Sequence record: MN187550.1 | Source: Escherichia phage phiv142-3 | Strand: one strand, 5' to 3' | DNA: 39,293 nucleotides | In this document: positions 1 through 7,586 of the stretch, in pieces | Layout: the number at the start of each line of letters is the position of its first letter | Numbering within the stretch: the first letter of the stretch is position 1 | Program-made: the position numbers and the translations under genes | Notes under the pieces: model-generated | The model's input: the letters and a program-made list of their open reading frames with translations, nothing else | Databases searched by the model: none | What the model was told of the DNA's origin: nothing

Positions 1-17
1 AATCATTCCCACTCAAT
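1..17. repeat. 17-bp direct repeat AATCATTCCCACTCAAT (putative att core, left copy)
   Basis: Identical 17-mer at 39277-39293; the window ends inside the repeat so it may extend further; integrase gene lies next to the right copy. Confidence 0.6.
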
Positions 18-127
18 TATTTACGACACACATAACCAATTGAGTGATAACATTTTTCCAAAGATGAATTTTTCTCGTACCGTTTTATATACCGTCACCG
101 GAAATCAGTACCATGAAAAATGCCATG

Positions 128-610
128 CTATCTGGTCAGGGTGTCGTACTGTTTTTCGCAGACTCTTCCGGCTTCGGCTGCCCGGTCAGCATACTCTGCC
201 AGTTGTCTATTTCTCTCGAGAGATTTGCTGAACACGTCGGCAAGCAAAACTCCGGTGTCTGCGGCTGACGACCCAGCGCCGACAATGGCGTTATAGTGCC
301 TGAGCTGCTCACGGATGGCAACGAGCTGTTGCTGCAACCGGCCAGCGCGAGCGGCAGCATCAAGAGCATCATTGCGCGCCTGGTCGATCCTCTGCTGCGC
401 TTCACGTTCATTGATCGATTTCTCCTGTTCGTAGTGCTGACGAACTCTCTCATCTTCGGTTTTGCGGTCTTCTTTCGCCTGTGCATACCCAGCGTCGTAC
501 TGACGACTGCCGTGCACATTCCAGGCAACAACTCCTGATATGACCAGAACAGCAAGCACCGCCATGATAATCAACTGTTTACGGTATGCTTTTACGAATG
601 ACCAGATCAT
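128..610 (-). CDS. Rz-like i-spanin (inner-membrane spanin)
   Basis: 160 aa with N-terminal TM segment then charged coiled-coil-like region; directly downstream of endolysin with 4-bp overlap; a lipoprotein ORF is embedded in the +1 frame. Confidence 0.6.
   Translation of the reverse strand: MIWSFVKAYRKQLIIMAVLAVLVISGVVAWNVHGSRQYDAGYAQAKEDRKTEDERVRQHYEQEKSINEREAQQRIDQARNDALDAAARAGRLQQQLVAIREQLRHYNAIVGAGSSAADTGVLLADVFSKSLERNRQLAEYADRAAEAGRVCEKQYDTLTR
136..411 (-). CDS. Rz1-like o-spanin (outer-membrane lipoprotein) embedded in the i-spanin gene
   Basis: Alternate frame within 136..555 encodes [26 protein letters not shown]: basic n-region, hydrophobic core, lipobox LAGC, then a Pro/Ser-rich mature part. 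Start at M49 chosen (M62 is the alternative). Confidence 0.5.
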   Translation of the reverse strand: MNVKRSRGSTRRAMMLLMLPLALAGCSNSSLPSVSSSGTITPLSALGRQPQTPEFCLPTCSANLSREIDNWQSMLTGQPKPEESAKNSTTP

Positions 611-1236
611 ACAGCCAGCACCTTACTGGCAGTGACGTACCGCGCGCGCCGGTCGTCGATGCCATTCCTGCCACCATTGATAATCAGAGTTACACGTGCA
701 ATATCGCCGGTATACTTCATGCAACCTTTGCTGGAGAAGAACCACGCCGCGCTACGAGCCGCGTATTCGTCCTGCGCCAACAGTTCAGGATTCTCCAGCA
801 GGTCCACTTTCAGGCCGTTTCCGCAATCACGATAGTTATTCAAACCGGTAATCTGGATAAGTCCGCGGCCACGGTAATTCCAGCCATCGCCGGGGGCATT
901 GTTCCCCATGCGTTTGCTGTACACCAGATTGGCAATCGCTCTCTGGCGCTCAAGTGGCAATGGTGGTTCGCCTGCGCGTCGCCCCAATGCGTTGGCCTGT
1001 CCCTGAGTGAGACGCCCAGCCCGAACAAAGTTAGCCAGACCGCTGACGCTGTAGTTGAAATTCTCCTGCAACCGGGTGAAGCCCCCAGACTCATGCCCGA
1101 CCTGAGCAATAAACATTGCCTGATCTTCTGCTTTGCTGATACCAAACTCTTTCATCGCAGAAGTTATATGCGAGAACCAGCGTGCGGCCAGCGACTCGCT
1201 AATACCAGCAGCTCGCTGGAATTGTTTAATCTCCAT
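607..1236 (-). CDS. endolysin, glycoside hydrolase family 19-like
   Basis: C-terminal 209 aa of ORF 607..1467 (start at MEIKQFQ...) carries the [12 protein letters not shown]...GRGLIQITG pattern typical of GH19-type phage lysins; the upstream extension in the track is hydrophobic and overlaps the preceding gene. Confidence 0.75.
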   Translation of the reverse strand: MEIKQFQRAAGISESLAARWFSHITSAMKEFGISKAEDQAMFIAQVGHESGGFTRLQENFNYSVSGLANFVRAGRLTQGQANALGRRAGEPPLPLERQRAIANLVYSKRMGNNAPGDGWNYRGRGLIQITGLNNYRDCGNGLKVDLLENPELLAQDEYAARSAAWFFSSKGCMKYTGDIARVTLIINGGRNGIDDRRARYVTASKVLAV

Positions 1237-1534
1237 GTTTAGACCTCGATATTTTGAAAATCTGAACAACGTTACCGCGTGTTTTAATAACCGCGGCGAG
1301 CATGACAGCGTTGATAATGACCTCAGATAAATCCACAGCCATTGGCGTGCGTAACCAGATTGCATAGACGACACGAACAGGAATACTGGCCGCAGCAACA
1401 ATAAGGAAATAAGCAAGCCACCCTCCCCATCTTCGATGTTGAGAGCCGTTACGCCGGAATGTGACAACGCGAATTGCTATGCCAGTACAAATAACTGCAT
1501 TGGTGATAAGCAAAAAAAACTCATGCGTTACCAT
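1226..1534 (-). CDS. holin-like small membrane protein
   Basis: 102 aa with 2-3 predicted TM helices, immediately upstream of the endolysin with a short overlap; GGAG about 10 nt upstream of the ATG. Confidence 0.45.
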   Translation of the reverse strand: MVTHEFFLLITNAVICTGIAIRVVTFRRNGSQHRRWGGWLAYFLIVAAASIPVRVVYAIWLRTPMAVDLSEVIINAVMLAAVIKTRGNVVQIFKISRSKHGD

Positions 1535-1925
1535 CGTCTTTTCTCCCCGGAATTAACTCGCGTGGATTATCGGAACGGTGATAGAGCCATATACCAATAC
1601 GCACAGCAACAATTGCTGACACGAATGCGCCAGCTGAGAAAACAATCCCTTTTTCAAAAGAGTCCTGCGTGATGGTAGGGATCAGGCTGGCTATGCCGAT
1701 AAGAATTGATGCTGCTGGTTTATAAAAAAGAAGGCCGCAGAGAAAGCTAAGCATCGACAAGAGTACACGACGACGAATAGGATACTCTACCGCAGAGGTA
1801 ACAAAAATTACCGCCCCAGCCAAAGCCCCCAAAGCAACCTCAGGAGGAACTCCTGCTATCACCGCCGCCAGAGAACTCATGCTAAGCCACTGATTTAAAG
1901 TTTCACTGGTTAGTTGAGCTGACAT
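1521..1925 (-). CDS. holin-like membrane protein (possible holin/antiholin partner)
   Basis: ORF 1521..1934; the ATG at 1925 (MSAQLTSE...) has a GGTGG RBS-like sequence just upstream, while the track start is GTG. Multiple hydrophobic segments. Confidence 0.45.
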   Translation of the reverse strand: MSAQLTSETLNQWLSMSSLAAVIAGVPPEVALGALAGAVIFVTSAVEYPIRRRVLLSMLSFLCGLLFYKPAASILIGIASLIPTITQDSFEKGIVFSAGAFVSAIVAVRIGIWLYHRSDNPRELIPGRKDDGNA

Positions 1926-2147
1926 GTTTTCCACCGTTTATATGCATAACTACCTCCTGAATAGTAAAGGCATTACGCATGATAAACCATTTATGGTTTT
2001 TTGTTACCCATGTATTGTCAATCCCCTTCCTTTCATGTCGATAATAAGGCTTGCCTTTTACATAACTCTGAAGAGATTGCAGTACAGAAATGATTCAAAA
2101 TATAGAGGATTAGTTGAATTCCGCACCATCAAATGGCGCGGTAGCAG

Positions 2148-2447
2148 TCAAATAGAGAAATAAACACAAAAACAAACAGTAACAGGAACAACAAAGTCAA
2201 ACAGGCTTCCAACATCCCATACGCGCGGATCAAAACCTCCCCACCACGGCATGTTGATACGTTTCCCTTTCCCAAACTTTTCTATCCAGCGATATTCTGC
2301 CTGGGTGTGTTCACGCGCAATGAAGAACGTACAACCGGCTATCGCACCGTAAGCCCAGTTTCCGGTAAAAAGACCGACCAGAACTTGTGCGACAACAGCG
2401 CAAAGTGCGTGAAGAATTGGTGTTATATCAACTTCTATATTCATCAT
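2148..2447 (-). CDS. small integral membrane protein (moron candidate)
   Basis: 99 aa, three hydrophobic segments; lies between tailspike and lysis genes in an AT-rich stretch; a TATATAAT -10-like sequence sits just after the tailspike stop. Confidence 0.5.
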   Translation of the reverse strand: MMNIEVDITPILHALCAVVAQVLVGLFTGNWAYGAIAGCTFFIAREHTQAEYRWIEKFGKGKRINMPWWGGFDPRVWDVGSLFDFVVPVTVCFCVYFSI

Positions 2448-2523
2448 AAATAACTCATTCGATTTTCACAAATAAGCCGCCAACAAGAAGACGGCATTAA
2501 CATTAAAATAATTATATATGATG

Positions 2524-4653
2524 CTATTCCTCAATACCTAACCTGCTTGAAACCTCCGGCATAACAGTAACCTGAAGGGTTTTTGATGAATCTGTGTTTT
2601 TAATTGCTATGCTGATATTGCCAGAAGTGCTGTTATTGTTTGACACTGTTATAGAGTTTGCATCCACCCCGAGTTTCGAATAAGCATCAGCAAAACTAAG
2701 ACCAACACTTCCACCAACAACTCTATATGAACCATCAATTCTGAATGACGATATATTGTTATTGCTAACATCTCTAATTAGAACCCATATAGAAACGCCC
2801 CTGAAAACAAGGCTTGCCCCTGATGGTATTTGAAGTGATACAGTTCCTGTGGAACCGGGGGGGATACTGCCAGTATATTTAGTTCCGTGCAGATATTTCC
2901 CCGGTAGGTCTAAATACGATGTGTCTGGATGTAATAAATTATGTATATGTCTGCTATCTATGCTTCCAGACAGAACCATAGAATCATTGCCATATTCAAT
3001 TATCCTTCCACCATCGTTACTTATTGTAAGTAATCCTTTGTTTCCTTTATTGTTTCTAACAGTTATATCAGAAGAATCCAGGCGGACAATTGATATATTT
3101 TTTTCTGATCCATGACAATAATTTGATGAAATTTCACCTGTAACAAGTGACGTACATAAAATGTCTGAACTTCCATCACTGTCGCCAGTAATAGTGTTGC
3201 AGGAAATTAATGCACCATATACCAGACCTGTCGGAGATTCTCCAAATTGCTCTATAGTAATCCGTTTTGTGGTATTTGCTGATATGGTTATATTATGAAC
3301 ATCGTCAGTTTGCGATGTTACTTTGATCCTTGATGAAACGGTATTTCCAGAAATAGTAACATTACTTGTATCATCCACCCATAAATATGACGAAAACGTA
3401 TTACCTGATATGACTGAGTTACTCACCATTGAGTTCTCAAGCTCACATGAACCATAGCTATTGTTATGGTCATAATTTCCTATAATCCTTACAAATCCAT
3501 TCTGGTTAATGAAGTTGTATGATGTTGCATTTTGTCCGCCATAAGTTGAGTTATGTGATGTTTCAGCATTTGTAACGCCTATATGTTGAAAATGACCGGC
3601 ATTTACAGAATCAGGAGCAACTGATGTACACCCTATTACTTTTGTGTTTTTGACAATTCTTGAATTAGGGTCATTCTCCAAATAATAGTTTTTTGCAACA
3701 AATGCCGTAGAGTAAAAGAAACCTTCAAATCTATTAAATAAAATCTGAATATCGTCATAATCTCTTTGGTCTTCATTTGCATAGCAATAAAATGCTCTTG
3801 AAGACTCGGAGTAATCCTTGCATTTCTGAACGCCAGATAAAAGTGTTCGGATTCTGCTAGATTTTATTCTAAATCCGTTGTGAATTAACGTTGCATCACC
3901 AACTAATGTTATTGGCTTAAACAATTCAACCTTATCAAAAACAAATTCACCACCATAAAATCCAAGTATAGCCCCTTCTGGTACTGCATTAATAGCATTT
4001 TGAATTGCTACAGTATCATCTGTTATGCCGTCTCCTTTTGCACCAAAATCACGAACACTAATGGTGTCTCTCATCTTATCCTGGAACGTTCGGTACACAG
4101 CCCCAGAACCATACTGAATAAACCAACCAAAACCACCAACAACCCCGGCGATTGCAGCATCGACATAATTACGCATTGAGCGATTATTTACAGCATCCTG
4201 CTCAAGTGATGGATCTGCAAGGTTAGAAATTCTGTTTTGCTTTGCATCGTAATATTTTGCAAGCAGAGAGGGCTTCATCAATGCACGTCTGAACCACCCA
4301 AAACATTGCTGGATCAGCATCGTCAGGTAGTCAAAGGCATCTTCATGCACTTCGGGGAAAAATTTTCCCTGATTGCGAAGGTCTGTCTCCTGCACTACAT
4401 CAAGCACACGATCTATCGTAATTCGCCATCCAGTAGCAAGCGGAGACAGAAGAACCACAGAACCGCCACTATAAGTGCCCGCCCCAGTTACCGTATAACC
4501 GGTATCCAGGACCAATTCTGTTACGTTCCCGTTCAGGTCAGACACCTGAACAACCAGGTCTGATTTTCTGAAAATTCGAAAAGTATACGGAAACGATGTC
4601 GTAACGCCGTTACCGGTGTATTCGTTGTGGTCAACTTCGGTTGAGACCGTCAT
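2524..4653 (-). CDS. tailspike / tail fibre with depolymerase-like C-terminal domain
   Basis: 709 aa. N-terminal ~200 aa resembles the conserved particle-attachment domain of T7 gp17-type podovirus tail fibres (YTGNGVTTSFPYTF...); from ...VRDFGAKGDGITDDT onward it looks like a pectate-lyase-type beta-helix. The C-terminal coding DNA is clearly AT-rich. Confidence 0.75.
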   Translation of the reverse strand: MTVSTEVDHNEYTGNGVTTSFPYTFRIFRKSDLVVQVSDLNGNVTELVLDTGYTVTGAGTYSGGSVVLLSPLATGWRITIDRVLDVVQETDLRNQGKFFPEVHEDAFDYLTMLIQQCFGWFRRALMKPSLLAKYYDAKQNRISNLADPSLEQDAVNNRSMRNYVDAAIAGVVGGFGWFIQYGSGAVYRTFQDKMRDTISVRDFGAKGDGITDDTVAIQNAINAVPEGAILGFYGGEFVFDKVELFKPITLVGDATLIHNGFRIKSSRIRTLLSGVQKCKDYSESSRAFYCYANEDQRDYDDIQILFNRFEGFFYSTAFVAKNYYLENDPNSRIVKNTKVIGCTSVAPDSVNAGHFQHIGVTNAETSHNSTYGGQNATSYNFINQNGFVRIIGNYDHNNSYGSCELENSMVSNSVISGNTFSSYLWVDDTSNVTISGNTVSSRIKVTSQTDDVHNITISANTTKRITIEQFGESPTGLVYGALISCNTITGDSDGSSDILCTSLVTGEISSNYCHGSEKNISIVRLDSSDITVRNNKGNKGLLTISNDGGRIIEYGNDSMVLSGSIDSRHIHNLLHPDTSYLDLPGKYLHGTKYTGSIPPGSTGTVSLQIPSGASLVFRGVSIWVLIRDVSNNNISSFRIDGSYRVVGGSVGLSFADAYSKLGVDANSITVSNNNSTSGNISIAIKNTDSSKTLQVTVMPEVSSRLGIEE

Positions 4654-4757
4654 GTTAAATCTCCAGATAGTCGCAGCACCCGTTGCGCCGCATATCTGGT
4701 TATTCTATTACCTGAAAAACCACATATGGATAGAAAGGCTGTAAATATGAATAGATA

Positions 4758-4772
4758 TTACCTTTCAGGTAA
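4758..4772. promoter_or_regulatory. operator-like palindrome TTACCTTTCAGGTAA (site S1)
   Basis: Perfect 5-bp inverted arms TTACC/GGTAA around a 5-bp centre, in the divergent region between tailspike and the small antirepressor-like gene; flanked by palindromic TTTGCAAA. Confidence 0.6.
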
Positions 4773-4809
4773 TTTGCAAAACGTGCTGGATAGCAAACAA
4801 ATTATTTGA

Positions 4810-4829
4810 TACTGTATAAATATACAGTT
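4810..4829. promoter_or_regulatory. LexA (SOS) box TACTGTATAAATATACAGTT
   Basis: CTGT-N8-ACAG with AT-rich centre, near-identical to the E. coli LexA consensus; sits about 20 bp upstream of the ATG at 4849, inside the spacer after a TTGATA -35-like hexamer. Confidence 0.6.
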
Positions 4830-4848
4830 ATTGCATGGAGAAGATAAG

Positions 4849-5106
4849 ATGCAGCAGTATCACTATCCACTGGAAGACGGATTTACCGAAAGGATTCACA
4901 CGCCGGGAGGCGTCAGGTCACTGGTGGAAGGATCGCACTTGATGAAATTACTCCGGGATCTCGATAAGGATGGATTTAATGTCGATGGCCCACTTGCCGA
5001 ACTGACTGCACTGATTAACTACGTCACCAGCTCACAGATGTCTATGCGGGATCTGCAAACACATCTCGACTATTGTGCCGAACAATTACGAAAACAAACC
5101 AGATAA
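4849..5106 (+). CDS. small protein paralogous to the C-terminal domain of the downstream antirepressor
   Basis: 85 aa from the ATG at 4849 (GGAG 8 nt upstream); the track starts at a TTG at 4831. Residues ...LMKLLRDLDKDGFNVDGPLAELTALINYV...RDLQTH align with ...[29 protein letters not shown]...RDIQTH of the 218-aa protein. Confidence 0.55.
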   Translation: MQQYHYPLEDGFTERIHTPGGVRSLVEGSHLMKLLRDLDKDGFNVDGPLAELTALINYVTSSQMSMRDLQTHLDYCAEQLRKQTR

Positions 5107-5109
5107 GGT

Positions 5110-5152
5110 TTGCAATTACCAAATGGAGTGCTTATATTTACCTTTGCGGTAA
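5110..5152 (+). promoter_or_regulatory. promoter (-35 TTGCAA, 17-bp spacer, -10 TATATT) fused to operator S2 TTACCTTTGCGGTAA (5138-5152)
   Basis: Sigma70-like hexamers read from sequence; the last T of the -10 is the first T of the palindrome. Confidence 0.5.
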
Positions 5153-5242
5153 ATTTACATCGCACTCCTCTTGTGCCATAGTAATCGGGCACTGGCAAAA
5201 TCCAGTGCCGGGATTGGTCTCCCGGATTACTAAGTGGCGCAT

Positions 5243-5265
5243 ACCACGCCAGACGTGGTTTTTTT
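5243..5265 (+). terminator. intrinsic terminator (ACCACG-loop-CGTGGT plus T7 tract) in the antirepressor leader
   Basis: GC-rich hairpin followed by TTTTTTT; preceded by two more hairpins (about 5188-5226); about 160 nt upstream of the antirepressor ATG. Confidence 0.5.
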
Positions 5266-5423
5266 ATGCGTATAGCACAGTCATGCCAGAATTATGGTGG
5301 GCTGAATGGGGGTCCGAAAGGACGCCGGTACCACTTAGGCCGGTAAGACCAACTCCGTTCAGTTCACCACCATCTGATTGGTCTCAGCGGTGGTGATGTA
5401 ATTCGCTAAGTGGAGACGCCATC

Positions 5424-6080
5424 ATGAACGCTCAACTCATCCCCGTATTCAACGGCACTATATCTAACGAAACAGCCCTACTTTGTAATGCCCGCGATCT
5501 GCACGCTTTTTTAGGTGTTAAAAAGGTGTTTGCAGCATGGATTACAAATCGCATATCAGAATACGAATTCATTGAAAATCAAGACTATATTTTGCTTTCC
5601 AATTTGGGAAAGCAAACATCTGGTAGAGGCGGCCACAACCGCAAAGAGTACCACCTCACCCTTGATACAGCCAAAGAGCTGGCGATGGTCGAGCGTAACG
5701 AAAAAGGTCGTCAGGTGCGACGCTACTTCATTGAATGCGAGAAACGTTTAAGACAACAAGAAACAAAAGTGGAGAAGGTCTTGTCAGGCTTCATGCCCGC
5801 CATTATGGAGGCGATCAAGCTGGAAGACAAAAAAGAATACAGCGCCCCACTGAAGCCCGGCTACCGCAGCCTGATTCATTCTCCGTCTGGTGTTCTCGGC
5901 CTGACGGAGAACTCACTGCTGATGAATCTGCTGAACAAGTTACAGGAAGACGGGCACGATGTATCGGGCGCGGCAGCGGAGCTGACCACCATGTTCTGCT
6001 ACATCGTCGGTGTGAGCAAATGCCTGCGTGATATCCAGACCCACGCGGAGTACATCAACGACAAGGCAGGGTTCTTCTGA
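5424..6080 (+). CDS. antirepressor (AntA-like N-terminal domain plus C-terminal domain)
   Basis: 218 aa; N-terminal region (...[10 protein letters not shown]...[17 protein letters not shown]...) resembles phage AntA/AntB antirepressor domains; GGAG RBS about 9 nt upstream. Confidence 0.7.
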   Translation: MNAQLIPVFNGTISNETALLCNARDLHAFLGVKKVFAAWITNRISEYEFIENQDYILLSNLGKQTSGRGGHNRKEYHLTLDTAKELAMVERNEKGRQVRRYFIECEKRLRQQETKVEKVLSGFMPAIMEAIKLEDKKEYSAPLKPGYRSLIHSPSGVLGLTENSLLMNLLNKLQEDGHDVSGAAAELTTMFCYIVGVSKCLRDIQTHAEYINDKAGFF

Positions 6081-6124
6081 CGGGCGGTGGCACAGGGATG
6101 TGCCTTTAAATAATTCTGTACAGA

Positions 6125-6167
6125 TTGCAGACTGTGGGTGAATAGCGTACTATTACCTTAAAGGTAA
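6125..6167 (+). promoter_or_regulatory. promoter (-35 TTGCAG, 17 bp, -10 TACTAT) fused to operator S3 TTACCTTAAAGGTAA (6153-6167)
   Basis: Same promoter-operator fusion as at 5110-5152; the operator is immediately followed by AGGAGG and the ATG at 6180. Confidence 0.55.
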
Positions 6168-6179
6168 AGGAGGCGCGAT

Positions 6180-6347
6180 ATGACAGCGTTGAAAAATCGT
6201 ACTCAGCACAATGAACAAGCCAAGCAATGCTGGGATGTCATTGGAAAAGTTATGCTTGGCCGCGCAAGCAAAGAGCGCGACAAGGATATGGTTTACCAGA
6301 CAGGAACATCTTTCAGCGACTTCAAGGCGGCATTTCGCTCCAAATAG
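6180..6347 (+). CDS. hypothetical 55-aa protein (below the ORF-track size cut-off)
   Basis: ATG with strong AAAGGAGG RBS 7 nt upstream; translation MTALKNRTQHNEQAKQCWDVIGKVMLGRASKERDKDMVYQTGTSFSDFKAAFRSK; first gene after the operator-controlled promoter. Confidence 0.5.
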   Translation: MTALKNRTQHNEQAKQCWDVIGKVMLGRASKERDKDMVYQTGTSFSDFKAAFRSK

Positions 6348-6367
6348 AAGCACATCAGGAGTTTTCC

Positions 6368-6808
6368 TTGAAGTTTAACATTAGAATATCTAATAGTTTT
6401 CTACATGGGGAAAGCAACACCCCTTTCGCTGTAGACGGACCTTTCCTTACTGATGATGAAATAAAAATCATACAAAGTTTTTTAGAGGATGTTGCCAATG
6501 GAAGGGCGCTTGTTGGAAAAAACAAGCCCTCGTGGGTTGATGATAACCATGATAAAATTCCCGGCTCAGACAATTATGAGCAAGAGAATTATTGGCATTA
6601 TCATTGTGGGCCAACATGGTATCCAAACACATTTAAGAATTATACCATTAACTTAAATTTCAACCCTGGCGGAAGGCATTCTAATGAATGCATTCATTAT
6701 GCAAAAAATGATAATGAAATTGTCATTGTTGGATTTTCAAGAGAACACATACCTTTCCTTTCATCAGATGGAAACAACAATCCGCTTTTTAATGATGAAG
6801 AAGAATAG
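6368..6808 (+). CDS. hypothetical AT-rich protein (~146 aa), probable TTG start
   Basis: Long open frame in strongly AT-rich DNA (part of ORF 6227..6808); no in-frame ATG after the upstream gene ends; AGGAG 6 nt upstream of the TTG at 6368; followed by an intrinsic terminator. Confidence 0.45.
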   Translation: MKFNIRISNSFLHGESNTPFAVDGPFLTDDEIKIIQSFLEDVANGRALVGKNKPSWVDDNHDKIPGSDNYEQENYWHYHCGPTWYPNTFKNYTINLNFNPGGRHSNECIHYAKNDNEIVIVGFSREHIPFLSSDGNNNPLFNDEEE

Positions 6809-6830
6809 CCCGCGCTGCGGGCTTTTTTGT
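6807..6830 (+). terminator. intrinsic terminator (GCCCGC-loop-GCGGGC plus T6)
   Basis: GC hairpin overlapping the stop codon, followed by TTTTTTGT. Confidence 0.6.
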
Positions 6831-6900
6831 GGACGAAACAAAAGTCAGTGCTACACTCATTGACGCCACATTGAGGTGGCTTATAGATGGAAATTTCACA

Positions 6901-7062
6901 ATGAAAAAAGCATTTGCTGCACTGTTCGTTTTGTTGTCTCTGGTAGCTTCAACTCAGGCCTTTGCCGGTCGTTGTCAGCACGACAGCGACACTGCCGCTG
7001 ACGGCTCCCGCTGCGGTGGGCGTTCTGCGGATTCCCGCCCGGGCGGCGGTGGCATTCGTTAA
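6901..7062 (+). CDS. small secreted protein (signal peptide plus ~30-aa Gly/Arg/Cys-containing mature peptide)
   Basis: Internal ATG of ORF 6829..7062: MKKAFAALFVLLSLVASTQAFA followed by GRCQHDSDTAADGSRCGGRSADSRPGGGGIR; own TTGACG-N17-ATAGAT promoter-like sequence at 6860-6888 with no TTACC-N5-GGTAA site. Confidence 0.45.
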   Translation: MKKAFAALFVLLSLVASTQAFAGRCQHDSDTAADGSRCGGRSADSRPGGGGIR

Positions 7063-7068
7063 AAACAA

Positions 7069-7097
7069 GGCCGCGAAAGCGGCCTGTGACATGTCAC
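7069..7097. terminator. hairpin GGCCGC-GAAA-GCGGCC plus adjacent palindrome GTGACATGTCAC at a convergent gene junction
   Basis: On the minus strand the hairpin is followed by TTGTTTTT, so it can terminate the long virion operon; the 12-bp palindrome (7086-7097) overlaps the stop codon of the membrane-protein gene. Confidence 0.5.
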
Positions 7098-7390
7098 GTC
7101 CCTTTTCTGAATGATAGCCATTCGAAAAATGATGACATTCCACCGCAGACAATAGCAAAGATGATCCCACCAAAGAAGAGAAGGCCAGCCTGCCACCACT
7201 CCCACCGCCATACATCCACAGCGCCAACCATACCAACAATCGCTCCAACAAATGGAATATAGCTCACGATGAAAGCAATGGGGGCTGCAATTATCCAGTG
7301 CAATCCCCACCATGATTCAAGCCCAGCCATAATTGCTGCCAACTGAAAAAGACCAACGACGATATAAACAATGAATCCTATAGCTTGCAT
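7094..7390 (-). CDS. small multi-TM membrane protein at the end of the virion operon
   Basis: 98 aa from the ATG at 7390 (AGGTGA RBS 4 nt upstream); the track ORF extends to a TTG at 7450; about 4 hydrophobic helices rich in Gly/Ala/Ile/Trp. Confidence 0.5.
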   Translation of the reverse strand: MQAIGFIVYIVVGLFQLAAIMAGLESWWGLHWIIAAPIAFIVSYIPFVGAIVGMVGAVDVWRWEWWQAGLLFFGGIIFAIVCGGMSSFFEWLSFRKGT

Positions 7391-7586
7391 GTAGTCACCT
7401 AATTTACCCAGTAAAAATAAGAGGCCTCCCCTCAATAAGGCTTGCAACAAGAACTACTCCCTGCACAACAAAGATGAACCAGCAAATAGCTTGAGTCTGA
7501 GGGTTAAGAAAATATTTGTAGCGGTCAATAAATAACAATACACCAGAAATTATCACACTCAAAATAATTAAAAACACAACACTTCC

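Noticed and set aside
1787-1801. Additional operator copy CTACCGCAGAGGTAA
   Set aside because: One arm is mismatched and the site lies inside the holin-like coding sequence, so it is not counted as part of the operator network.
5073-5396. 107-aa plus-strand ORF between the small Ant-like gene and ant
   Set aside because: It spans the promoter, operator S2, three hairpins and the terminator, has no RBS, and its sequence is Trp/Arg-rich low complexity; it is better explained as a regulatory leader.
6227-6367. ATG start at 6227 for the AT-rich ORF (193-aa version in the track)
   Set aside because: The 5' part overlaps the well-supported 55-aa gene in another frame; a TTG with AGGAG RBS at 6368 gives a non-overlapping gene.
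7086-7097. matS (MatP-binding) sites
   Set aside because: matS is 13 bp (GTGAC-RNY-GTCAC); the copies here have a 2-bp centre (12 bp total), so they are kept as an unexplained terminator-linked palindrome.
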